NCBI GenBank assembly: GCA_964230645.1
Contig: CAXRHT010000003.1
Span: 640,001-704,000 of the forward strand
Direction: 5' to 3'
DNA length: 64,000 nt
Origin: Bdellovibrionales bacterium
GTDB lineage: Bacteria > Bdellovibrionota > Bdellovibrionia > Bdellovibrionales > JAGQZY01
The notes beneath the pieces are model-generated. The model did no database searches. It was not told the origin of the DNA and saw only the letters and a list, made by a program, of their open reading frames with translations. The translations under genes were made by a program, and so were the position numbers. Shown here in pieces: positions 18,961-27,550 of the stretch (positions are counted from its first letter, which is position 1; each line of letters begins with the position of its first letter).

Positions 18961-19982
18961 AAAACCTCAATTCGCTTTCCTTAAAACTAGAAGACGGAAA
19001 TCTCCTTATTTTGGACCAGCAACTTCTTCCTGATAAAGAGGTTTGGATCGCGGTCGAAAATCCTGATCATATGGTGCAAATCATTAAGGACTTAAAAGTT
19101 CGAGGCGCTCCGCTTATCGGAGTGGCTGCCGTTCTTAGTTTGGCTCTTTGGGCCCAGCAGAGTGATGATTCGAGCGAGTTTTTAAAAACCGCTGAGAGGT
19201 TAAAACAGGCCCGACCCACAGCTGTGAACCTGATGAACGCCATTGACCGAATGGTGAAAGTTTCCAATGAGACCTCCTTTGATAAAAAAGCGATTTTGGA
19301 CAAAGCCCTCGAAATTTTCGACGAGGATGTGGATCTCTGTTTAAAAATGGCTCGCGCAGGAGCGGACTTGATCGAAGACGGCGATAATATTCTTACCCAT
19401 TGCAATACAGGTGGTTTAGCCACAGTAGGGGTGGGCACAGCTCTTGGAGTTATTACTGAAGCTCATAAACAGGGAAAAAAAATTCATGTTTATGTGGATG
19501 AAACCCGACCCCTTCTTCAAGGGGGCAGGCTCACCACTTGGGAGCTTGAAAAAGCGCAAGTGCCCTACACTTTGATTTGCGACAATATGAGTGGAAGCCT
19601 GATGGCCCAAGGTAAAGTCTCCAAAGTTTTCTTAGGAGCTGACCGTATTGCGACCAATGGTGACTTTGCCAACAAAATTGGAACCTACAACTTAGCTGTG
19701 CTGTGCAATTACCATAAAGTTCCTTTTTATACGGTAGCACCACTAACTACCATAGACTTTGAATGTCCTACTGGAGAGCAGATCCCCGTTGAGATGCGCA
19801 AGGATTCCGAAGGGCGAGGTGTTTTTGGTTATTTTGGTGATATTCGGTGGGCTCCAGAAAAAGCTCCCGTCTACAATCCTGCTTTTGATGTCACCCCAAG
19901 CCAATTACTTACAGGTATGGTGATTGACGACCAAGTCATCACCAAAGAAAAACTAAATGATCTCAACTACCTAAAAAAATAA
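18957..19982 (+). CDS. mtnA: S-methyl-5-thioribose-1-phosphate isomerase
   Basis: Motifs LDQQLLP, VRGAPLIG, ARPTAVNL, LTHCNTGGLAT, DETRPLLQGGRLT, ANKIGTY, NPAFDVTP. Confidence 0.96.
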   Translation: MKNLNSLSLKLEDGNLLILDQQLLPDKEVWIAVENPDHMVQIIKDLKVRGAPLIGVAAVLSLALWAQQSDDSSEFLKTAERLKQARPTAVNLMNAIDRMVKVSNETSFDKKAILDKALEIFDEDVDLCLKMARAGADLIEDGDNILTHCNTGGLATVGVGTALGVITEAHKQGKKIHVYVDETRPLLQGGRLTTWELEKAQVPYTLICDNMSGSLMAQGKVSKVFLGADRIATNGDFANKIGTYNLAVLCNYHKVPFYTVAPLTTIDFECPTGEQIPVEMRKDSEGRGVFGYFGDIRWAPEKAPVYNPAFDVTPSQLLTGMVIDDQVITKEKLNDLNYLKK

Positions 19983-20027
19983 AAAGGCACCTTGTTTTTT
20001 AAAATCAAAACACACAGGTGCCTTTAA
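19981..20027. terminator. Bidirectional terminator-like inverted repeat between convergent mtnA and gcvP
   Basis: AAAGGCACCT (19983-19992) pairs with AGGTGCCTTT (20016-20025). Confidence 0.6.
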
Positions 20028-20041
20028 AAGTCGCCAGCACC

Positions 20042-22903
20042 CTAAGAGGGGTGCTGGGCTTCTGATGAGTCGTTGTCGTACTCGCTAAGAGGTATGCAGG
20101 AACAGAAAAGATTTTTATCACCATAGACATGATCAATGCGATTCACACTGGCCCAAAACTTTCTGTCTCTCAGGTTTGCAACCGGATAGAAAGCCTGCTC
20201 TTTCGAGTAACTGCGCGTCCAATCGTGCATCAAATCTTCCACCGTGTGAGGGGCCATTCGAAGAGGGTTATCTTCTTTGGTCCACTCGTCTTTTTCAATT
20301 TTGGAAATCTCTTTACGAATCTCGATCATCGCATCACAAAAGCGATCAAGCTCTTCAAGGCTTTCACTCTCTGTGGGCTCGATCATCATAGTATTCACCA
20401 CGGGCCAAGACATGGTTGGTGCATGAAAACCATAGTCCATCAAGCGTTTGGCAACATCGTCCACGGTGATTCCTGTGGTTTCTTTTAAGGGGCGCAAGTC
20501 GATAATGCACTCATGCGCCACGCGACCCATGCGTCCTGTGAAAAGAATCGGATAGTGGTCCTTAAGGCGGTGAGCAATATAGTTTGCGTTGAGGATCGCC
20601 ATTTTAGTGGCGCTCTTTAGGCCATCGGCCCCCATCATGGAAATAAAGGCCCAAGGAATTGGTAAAATAAGAGCACTTCCCCAGGGAGCGGCACTGATGT
20701 TGGGAGTTCCTTTTTCAGGGCCAGCCTCTTTAACGATATTGTGATTCGGTAAAAACTCTTTTAAATGCTCAGCCACACCTGTGGGTCCCACTCCGGGGCC
20801 ACCACCGCCGTGGGGAATACAAAAAGTTTTATGGAGATTGAGGTGACAGACGTCAGGCCCAAACTGACCGGGCTGGCAGAGTCCCACCATCGCGTTTAAA
20901 TTGGCTCCATCCATATAGACCTGTCCACCATGATCGTGAACGATTTCACAGATCTTTTTCACTTCCGTTTCAAAAACTCCATGAGTGGAAGGGTAGGTGA
21001 TCATGAGTGTGGATAGAGAGTTTTTGTGGGCTTTACACTTATCAAGAAGATCGGCCAGGTCCACATTTCCTTGTTCGTCACACTGGACAATAACCACTTT
21101 CATACCGGCCATAACAGCACTGGCTGGATTGGTTCCGTGAGCCGAGCTAGGAATGAGGCAAACATTGCGCTCTTTGTTGCCGTGAGCTTCATGGTATTTA
21201 CGGATGGCAAGGAGGCCGGCGTACTCTCCTTGCGAGCCAGCATTCGGTTGTAGGGAGATCTCGGCAAAACCGGTAATTTCTCTCAGGTAGCCTTGTAGCT
21301 CATTGATCATGGCCAAAGTTCCCTTGGCTTGCTCCATAGGAACAAAAGGGTGAAGATTGGCAAATTCCGGCCAAGTGATGGGCATAAGCTCAGTGGCTGC
21401 ATTGAGTTTCATGGTGCATGAGCCAAGAGGAATCATGGCATCCGCTAAGGTCAGATCTTTTTTCTCAAGACTTTTGATATAGCGCATGAGCTCTGTTTCC
21501 GAATGATAGCGGTTGAACACAGGGTGAGTCATGTATTCACTAGTTCGAAGAGCGGAGTCAGAAAGGAGTTCTGCGGGTTTGCCTAATTGAGCCGAAGCTC
21601 CTTTTTCCTGTGAGAAAATATCAAGAAGATGAATGAGATCGTTATTCGTAGTTGTTTCATCAATGGAAACACCAATAAGACCTTCTTCAAAATAGTTGAG
21701 ATTGAATCCCAGTTTTTCAGCCGATTCTTTGAGGGAAGTTTTTTCCTCATCAGTGGCTTTGACAAAAAATGTGTCGAAAAATTCTGTGCTTTGAACTTCA
21801 AAGCCCATTTTCACGAGGCCTTGCACAAGGCGACAAGCTTTGGAGTGAATCTCCTCAGCCATTTTCTTCAACCCTTTAGGACCGTGATAGACTCCGTACA
21901 TTCCAGCCATCACAGCTAGGAGAACTTGAGCTGTACAAATGTTGCTTGTCGCTTTTTCACGACGGATATGCTGTTCTCGGGTCTGAAGAGCTAAGCGATA
22001 AGCTGGTTTTTCATTGGAATCTTTAGAAACACCCACGATTCGCCCGGGAATAAGTCGCTTATGTTTATCCATAGTGGCCAAATAGGCGGCGTGAGGTCCA
22101 CCAAAACCCATGGGGACACCAAAACGCTGAGTGGTTCCGACCACAATTTCCGCTCCCATTTCTCCTGGAGGCTTCAGCATACAGAGGCTCAATAGGTCAG
22201 CACTAACGATGCAAAGAGCATCAGAGTTGGCCACAGTTTCAATTTTTGAATCGAGCTTCTCAATCGAGCCAAGCCCGTTGGGATATTGGATCACTACACT
22301 AAGATAGTCGTCGAGACTGTTGGGAAGCTCGGAGCCAGTTTCCACTTCTAAGCCTATGGGCTCACAGCGAGTTCTCAAAACTTCAAGACTCTGAGAGAAA
22401 ACCGGCATGAGAACGAAAACCTTATTTTTCTTTCGTCTTTTGATTTGAAAGCTCATCGCGACCGCTTCGGCTATGGCTGTGCCTTCATCGAGAAGAGAGG
22501 CGTTGGCAATCTCCATACCGGTAAGGTCTTGCACCATCGTCTGAAAATTAATCAAGGCTTCAAGGCGTCCCTGGGAAATTTCGGGCTGGTAAGGGGTGTA
22601 GGCGGTATACCAGCCTGGATTTTCTAGGATGGATCTTTGGATAACACTTGGGGTGTAGGTACCGTAGTAACCCATTCCGATAAAAGACTTTAAAACCTTA
22701 TTTTGTTCGGCATAGGATTTGGCTTTTTTTAACACCTCGGCCTCAGAGAGGGGGGCCGGTAGATCGAGAGCTTTTTTCTGGCGGATATTGTCCGGAATGG
22801 TTTCAGAGAGAAGTTCGTTGAAATCCTTTAAATTAAGTGATTCCAGCATTTTAGCTTGATCGTCCTCTTGGGGACCAATGTGCCGGCGCGCAAAAATATC
22901 CAT
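20042..22903 (-). CDS. gcvP: Glycine dehydrogenase (decarboxylating), glycine cleavage P protein
   Basis: Motifs FARRHIGP, YTPYQPEISQGRLE, LQTREQHIRREKATSNICT, HLNLHKTFCIPHGGGGPG. Confidence 0.98.
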   Translation of the reverse strand: MDIFARRHIGPQEDDQAKMLESLNLKDFNELLSETIPDNIRQKKALDLPAPLSEAEVLKKAKSYAEQNKVLKSFIGMGYYGTYTPSVIQRSILENPGWYTAYTPYQPEISQGRLEALINFQTMVQDLTGMEIANASLLDEGTAIAEAVAMSFQIKRRKKNKVFVLMPVFSQSLEVLRTRCEPIGLEVETGSELPNSLDDYLSVVIQYPNGLGSIEKLDSKIETVANSDALCIVSADLLSLCMLKPPGEMGAEIVVGTTQRFGVPMGFGGPHAAYLATMDKHKRLIPGRIVGVSKDSNEKPAYRLALQTREQHIRREKATSNICTAQVLLAVMAGMYGVYHGPKGLKKMAEEIHSKACRLVQGLVKMGFEVQSTEFFDTFFVKATDEEKTSLKESAEKLGFNLNYFEEGLIGVSIDETTTNNDLIHLLDIFSQEKGASAQLGKPAELLSDSALRTSEYMTHPVFNRYHSETELMRYIKSLEKKDLTLADAMIPLGSCTMKLNAATELMPITWPEFANLHPFVPMEQAKGTLAMINELQGYLREITGFAEISLQPNAGSQGEYAGLLAIRKYHEAHGNKERNVCLIPSSAHGTNPASAVMAGMKVVIVQCDEQGNVDLADLLDKCKAHKNSLSTLMITYPSTHGVFETEVKKICEIVHDHGGQVYMDGANLNAMVGLCQPGQFGPDVCHLNLHKTFCIPHGGGGPGVGPTGVAEHLKEFLPNHNIVKEAGPEKGTPNISAAPWGSALILPIPWAFISMMGADGLKSATKMAILNANYIAHRLKDHYPILFTGRMGRVAHECIIDLRPLKETTGITVDDVAKRLMDYGFHAPTMSWPVVNTMMIEPTESESLEELDRFCDAMIEIRKEISKIEKDEWTKEDNPLRMAPHTVEDLMHDWTRSYSKEQAFYPVANLRDRKFWASVNRIDHVYGDKNLFCSCIPLSEYDNDSSEAQHPS

Positions 22904-22951
22904 GAAGAGCCTCCTACAATTTCTGTAAGAGGATCTTCTAGCACGTCTGAA

Positions 22952-23461
22952 TTATTTTGTCTTCTTTTTGCTGGTCTTTGTTTTTTTATTAGTGGTGGTC
23001 TTCTTCTTGGCTTTTTTGGAAGTCTTAGCCTTCTTTTTTGAGCTTGTTTTCTTCTTTTTAGCCGTGGTGGTCTTCTTCTTTTTCGTCTTCTTTTTGGTGG
23101 TAGAAGCTAACCCAAAAGCCGACATCTGCTTTTTAACCGCTTTCTCGATGGACTTTTTCTGATCATTGGCCATCTTTTGAAGGTCTTTAATATGCTTCTC
23201 AGCTTCGGTGCGACGTTTTTTCAAGGCCTTCAAGGCTTCGTTAAACTCTTTGTCCAAATCTTTTTGTTTGCTCTGAATTTTCTTTTGAATGTCACGGTAT
23301 TGTTTTTCGAGCTGATTCAGATGCTTCTGAGTGGGCTCTTGAATTTTTTTATAGGGTTCAAGCTCTCTTAACTCTTTTTTAAGGCGATTGACTTCTTTTT
23401 GGAGAAAGTCTCCTTGAAAGATGCGGTTAATTTCTTTTTTTATCTGGTCTAATGAAATCAT
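22952..23461 (-). CDS. Coiled-coil protein with Lys/Thr-rich histone-H1-like C-terminal tail
   Basis: Heptad-rich first ~115 aa, then TTKKKTKKKKTTTAKKKKTSSKKKAK...; RBS GGGAGAG. Confidence 0.75.
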   Translation of the reverse strand: MISLDQIKKEINRIFQGDFLQKEVNRLKKELRELEPYKKIQEPTQKHLNQLEKQYRDIQKKIQSKQKDLDKEFNEALKALKKRRTEAEKHIKDLQKMANDQKKSIEKAVKKQMSAFGLASTTKKKTKKKKTTTAKKKKTSSKKKAKTSKKAKKKTTTNKKTKTSKKKTK

Positions 23462-23621
23462 GTCTCTCCCTTTGGTAACTAAGACGACTCAACTTAACTG
23501 ATCTTATAGGATTTGTTGAGTCAAAATATCAATAAGACTCTTAAATTGCATAATTTTCCTTCCAGGTGTGTTCTGCTAATTTTCTTGATGTGTATTTGAG
23601 CAGGCAGTAAGAAGAGAGACC

Positions 23622-24827
23622 ATGAATCGTAGCGCTTTTCTTAATGACCATTGGAAGTCTTATCCGACACTTTCCTCAAGGGATCATTTTTTTTGCGGCA
23701 GAGTCAAAGAGCTCAAAACGGGTGAAATTGAACTTAGCAATCAAAGCCAATCGCTTCGGGTAAAACTTGAAAATGAAAAAGAAGTATTGCACTTGGAGCT
23801 TGGAAAAAGTATTTCCCCCTCTCTGTTGTTGAAAGGTGACGTTGTTGCTTTCCATAAAAGTGAGAAAACCTTCTTTCTCCTCTCTCCAAATCTTAAAAAC
23901 TCCTGTGGTGAAGAAGTTTATAAACGCGCTAACGATTGGGAGAACTTTTTAAAAATTACCAAAAACTTCCTAGAGTCTCGAGGGCTAAAGTCCATTCAAA
24001 CGCCCTTATTGGTCGATTCGCCGGGTGTGGACCACCACATTAACTTTTTAAGAGTGCAGGCCAGTCAAACGGGTCGAGAGTGGTGTTTGCCGACAAGTCC
24101 TGAGATCCATTTAAAAAAAGCTCTCAGTGAAGGGTGGGAACATATTTATGAAATAAAATCTTGTTTTAGGGATGATTTGCCAGGCCCCCTTCATCAGACA
24201 GAATTTACGATGCTGGAGTGGTACCGATCCTACTGGAGTCTTGACGAATTAGCTGGGGAAGTCTTCGAGTTTTTTGATTTTGTGACCGGTAAGAAGCAGT
24301 TGAGGAGATCTCTCAGCATTTCTGAGGCTTTTGAAGTTTACGCCGGCCTTAATCTGACCCCTAAAACTGACCGTGCCACACTCTGGGAGTGGGGCTGCGA
24401 CTTAGGGATCGATTGCCACGAAAGCGACGATTGGAACGATTTGTTCTTTCGAATCTTCTTAGAAAAAGTGGAGCCCGAACTGGGGCGTGGTGAGGTCACT
24501 CGAGTTTTTAATTTTCCAGCCTCCCAGGCTTCTTTGGCTCAAATCAACAAAGAAGGGTGGGCGGAACGTTTTGAAATCTATTGGCAGGGAGTGGAGTTGG
24601 CTAATGCCTATAAAGAAGTCAACGATCCTCAAGAAAACCGCCGACGTTTTGAGTTTGAGAATCAAAAGCGTCAGAATAAAGAGGTTGAGACCTCTCCTGT
24701 CGACTCTGAGTTTTTAGATTCATTAGAAAGAGGCATGCCTCCAGCCTGCGGAGTGGCTCTTGGCTTGAGCCGCTTATATCACCAAATGCAGAAGGTTGAG
24801 GGGGCGAGGGAGACGCCTGTCTTTTAA
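23622..24827 (+). CDS. epmA: EF-P lysine aminoacylase (EpmA/GenX/PoxA), LysRS-II-like
   Basis: Motifs LPTSPEIHLKK, FRDD...HQTEFTMLEWY, AERFEIY..GVELANAY, GMPPACGVALG. Confidence 0.88.
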   Translation: MNRSAFLNDHWKSYPTLSSRDHFFCGRVKELKTGEIELSNQSQSLRVKLENEKEVLHLELGKSISPSLLLKGDVVAFHKSEKTFFLLSPNLKNSCGEEVYKRANDWENFLKITKNFLESRGLKSIQTPLLVDSPGVDHHINFLRVQASQTGREWCLPTSPEIHLKKALSEGWEHIYEIKSCFRDDLPGPLHQTEFTMLEWYRSYWSLDELAGEVFEFFDFVTGKKQLRRSLSISEAFEVYAGLNLTPKTDRATLWEWGCDLGIDCHESDDWNDLFFRIFLEKVEPELGRGEVTRVFNFPASQASLAQINKEGWAERFEIYWQGVELANAYKEVNDPQENRRRFEFENQKRQNKEVETSPVDSEFLDSLERGMPPACGVALGLSRLYHQMQKVEGARETPVF

Positions 24828-24872
24828 ACAGCGCATTAGCTCCTTCGGGTCTTAGGAATTAAACAGCCTCAC

Positions 24873-26615
24873 TTGATCTCAGTGGGAAAAGGAGGCTTGC
24901 GTTGGGGGTCATTTTCTTGCATTTTGTATGTCTTGGAGTCATTGGGGATAGTTTTGAATAAATCATACGAGCACCGACATTTTATTGTTCCGACCTCGGA
25001 TCTTTGTCACCTCTGGCAAAGAGATCAAGAGATCGACTTCAAATGGTACTTCTCCATGCTCAAAGCCTTTGATGTTAAAAGGGTGATGCTCGATCGCGTC
25101 CCGCAATCCAGTGATTTTTCGGAAAAGCTTCAAGAGCAATTGCAAAACTATGGATTGACCACCGAACATGTTTTAACTCTTGAGGAGTGGAATCAATGGC
25201 ACAACAAGAGAGAGTCTCTTGAGAAGGGTCATCATTTTTGCTTTCTAATTTACAACTCAGTGACCCCCGATTTTCTTCATGAAATCTTAGGTCTTCAAGA
25301 GTTCATAGGTCAGATGAAGTTTGTCATTATCGCCAGAAAGGATTGGAACTTCAGAAACACGTTTCGATCCATTCCCCATTTTATGAGAGATTATTTGTAT
25401 GTCGACTTTCCTCTCTCCACCTACGCGCATGACCCTTTTTATGAGACGGCAGAAATCCAAGAAATCCTCAGTCAGATGAGTCGCGACTTCAGAAAAGATT
25501 TTACAACTCCCTATTGCCCTCACTTACGATTTGTGAATACTGGCCTTCAATGCAACATCGCCTCCATTTCAATGCCAAGAAAATTATCCAAAGCGACTCC
25601 CAAGCTGTCTTTGGTCACCAGGACTCCAGAGCAGGTTGAAAAATTAAAGGACCTTTCCATCATAAAACAGTACGGCAATGAAATAGAGATTCTCATTGCA
25701 AGGGTAGCGGGAGAAAAGACCCAGGTGATTCCAAAACTTAAGAATGTCTTAACCACCCGCTATTGGGTCCATCCCATCGATTCGACTAAAGAGATCTCCA
25801 CACCTCATCTCTATAATTTTTCAGCTTCACAGGCTGATGGGGAGCTTTTGTTTTTCATAGACGATCTTTCCGAACAAGACCTGGACGCTGGACTCAAAAA
25901 ACTATTGGAGAGTTCCATTTCCCCAGAAGATTTAAAAGTTAGCCAGCTTCCTGGCGTTTTTGAAAAGACCCAATTCCTCGAAAAAGGGGGCTTAGACCCC
26001 GCTTATACCGATATCGATATGGCCTGGTTTGATTTGAACTATCGCGTTCGAGTCAATCCTACCCAGAAACAAAAAATTGATATCAATCAATCCGAAGGCA
26101 TAAGTTTAAACAAAAAAATTAACTTTGAACTGTTTACTCATAAATTCGTGGATTCCATAGATGATTTTTCTGAACAGATTGAGAAAAATCAGGAGCGATC
26201 TCTACGTCAAAAAGAAATTGAAAAGAAAAACACCATACCCGAGTACCGTTGGCAATGGGCAAAGGATATGTACTTCACCTTATACCGATCCTCCCCTAAG
26301 GTGGCCATGGAGGGGAATTTTTCTTTTATCTACCGTTTCTTCTATAGGATTTATCGTTTCACCTATCACCATTATAGAATGAATGCTTGGAAGCTTAATC
26401 CAATGGCCTACAAATTTTTCTGGAAGCTTCGTTATCTACCACACAAGTTTAAAGGTTGGTTGAAGCAGGCTCAGGGCTGGATGATTCGCGCCAAGTGGGT
26501 CCTTTTTGAACTCTCTTTTCCGTTCCGAAAGGTTTATTACTTCAGCCATTACCAATATGAAAAACGCATTCTAGGGCTTCATCGCGAGGCAAAGATGGCA
26601 AAGGAGAAGCATTGA
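24873..26615 (+). CDS. Hypothetical protein: unknown N-terminal alpha/beta domain, degenerate GT2 domain, aromatic/basic tail
   Basis: GT2 remnants PKLSLV, ADGELLFFIDD and GGLDPAY...DLNYRV. True start may be near 24954. Confidence 0.7.
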   Translation: MISVGKGGLRWGSFSCILYVLESLGIVLNKSYEHRHFIVPTSDLCHLWQRDQEIDFKWYFSMLKAFDVKRVMLDRVPQSSDFSEKLQEQLQNYGLTTEHVLTLEEWNQWHNKRESLEKGHHFCFLIYNSVTPDFLHEILGLQEFIGQMKFVIIARKDWNFRNTFRSIPHFMRDYLYVDFPLSTYAHDPFYETAEIQEILSQMSRDFRKDFTTPYCPHLRFVNTGLQCNIASISMPRKLSKATPKLSLVTRTPEQVEKLKDLSIIKQYGNEIEILIARVAGEKTQVIPKLKNVLTTRYWVHPIDSTKEISTPHLYNFSASQADGELLFFIDDLSEQDLDAGLKKLLESSISPEDLKVSQLPGVFEKTQFLEKGGLDPAYTDIDMAWFDLNYRVRVNPTQKQKIDINQSEGISLNKKINFELFTHKFVDSIDDFSEQIEKNQERSLRQKEIEKKNTIPEYRWQWAKDMYFTLYRSSPKVAMEGNFSFIYRFFYRIYRFTYHHYRMNAWKLNPMAYKFFWKLRYLPHKFKGWLKQAQGWMIRAKWVLFELSFPFRKVYYFSHYQYEKRILGLHREAKMAKEKH

Positions 26616-27550
26616 TGGATTTATCAATCGTTATCCCGACCCATTTGCGCTTTAATTCACTGATGGAGCTTTTGGAAACTGTTTCTTTGCAAGACCTTCC
26701 AAAGGAGCAATTTGAAGTCTTGGTCATTTCCAATCTTGAAGACCCCTTTTACAAAAGTGATGAGTTCAAGCAAAAAATGGAACCTTTTCAAGGTCTGTAC
26801 CGCTGGGTAGGAGCGATGAATGTCAATCGCGCTCGTAATTTGGGAATGCAGATTGCCAAAGGAAAGGTCGTACAACTATTAGATGACGATTGCCTCCTTC
26901 TTGAGAATGATTTTTTCTCACGAGTTATTGATCTTCATGAAACTTATTCTGAGGCCACAGCTATTGGGGGGACCTATACCCCCGTGCAAGAAGCAGATCC
27001 AATCGATAAAGCTTACAATTGTGTAGCCAAGCAGTGGCAAGAATTGGATTTCTTCGGTCGTTACAATTCCACCAGACTTGTCGGGGGGAATGTGAGTTAC
27101 AAAAGTAAGAAGTTGCGAGAGGCGGGAGAAAGATTCGATGAATCTATCCAATTTGGAGCGACGGAGGCCGAATTTCATCTTCGTCTTCAAAAAAAAGGCT
27201 TTGAAACCCTTTACCTTTCGTCTTTAAGAGTCGGCCATAAAACCGAATTGGATCCCCGCAAACTTGTTGAAAAAGCATACCGACAGGCGAAAGGTCATCA
27301 ACGTTTTGGTGTTGAGGAGGGCTTCTCATCTAAAGCTTATCGAACATTTCAGAGCACAAGGGATCTTGAGGCTTTGCAGATGGCTCAGTCCGAAACTGAG
27401 TATCTACGAATTATAAAGTATATGAACCTTTACGACTGGGCCTACAACACCACGTTAGATAATCCACAGTGGGATGAGCGTAAGGTTTATTCAAAATCAA
27501 AGTCTTGGTTACGAAAAAATAAGGATAGACTCATTGCAACCCAACTCTAA
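26612..27550 (+). CDS. Glycosyltransferase family 2
   Basis: Motifs DLSIVIPT, FEVLVI, RARNLGMQIAKG, LLDDD, GGNVSY, FDESI. Confidence 0.9.
   Translation: MMDLSIVIPTHLRFNSLMELLETVSLQDLPKEQFEVLVISNLEDPFYKSDEFKQKMEPFQGLYRWVGAMNVNRARNLGMQIAKGKVVQLLDDDCLLLENDFFSRVIDLHETYSEATAIGGTYTPVQEADPIDKAYNCVAKQWQELDFFGRYNSTRLVGGNVSYKSKKLREAGERFDESIQFGATEAEFHLRLQKKGFETLYLSSLRVGHKTELDPRKLVEKAYRQAKGHQRFGVEEGFSSKAYRTFQSTRDLEALQMAQSETEYLRIIKYMNLYDWAYNTTLDNPQWDERKVYSKSKSWLRKNKDRLIATQL

Noticed and set aside
22904..22951. Glycine riboswitch upstream of gcvP
   Set aside because: Only 48 bp of intergenic space and no aptamer consensus
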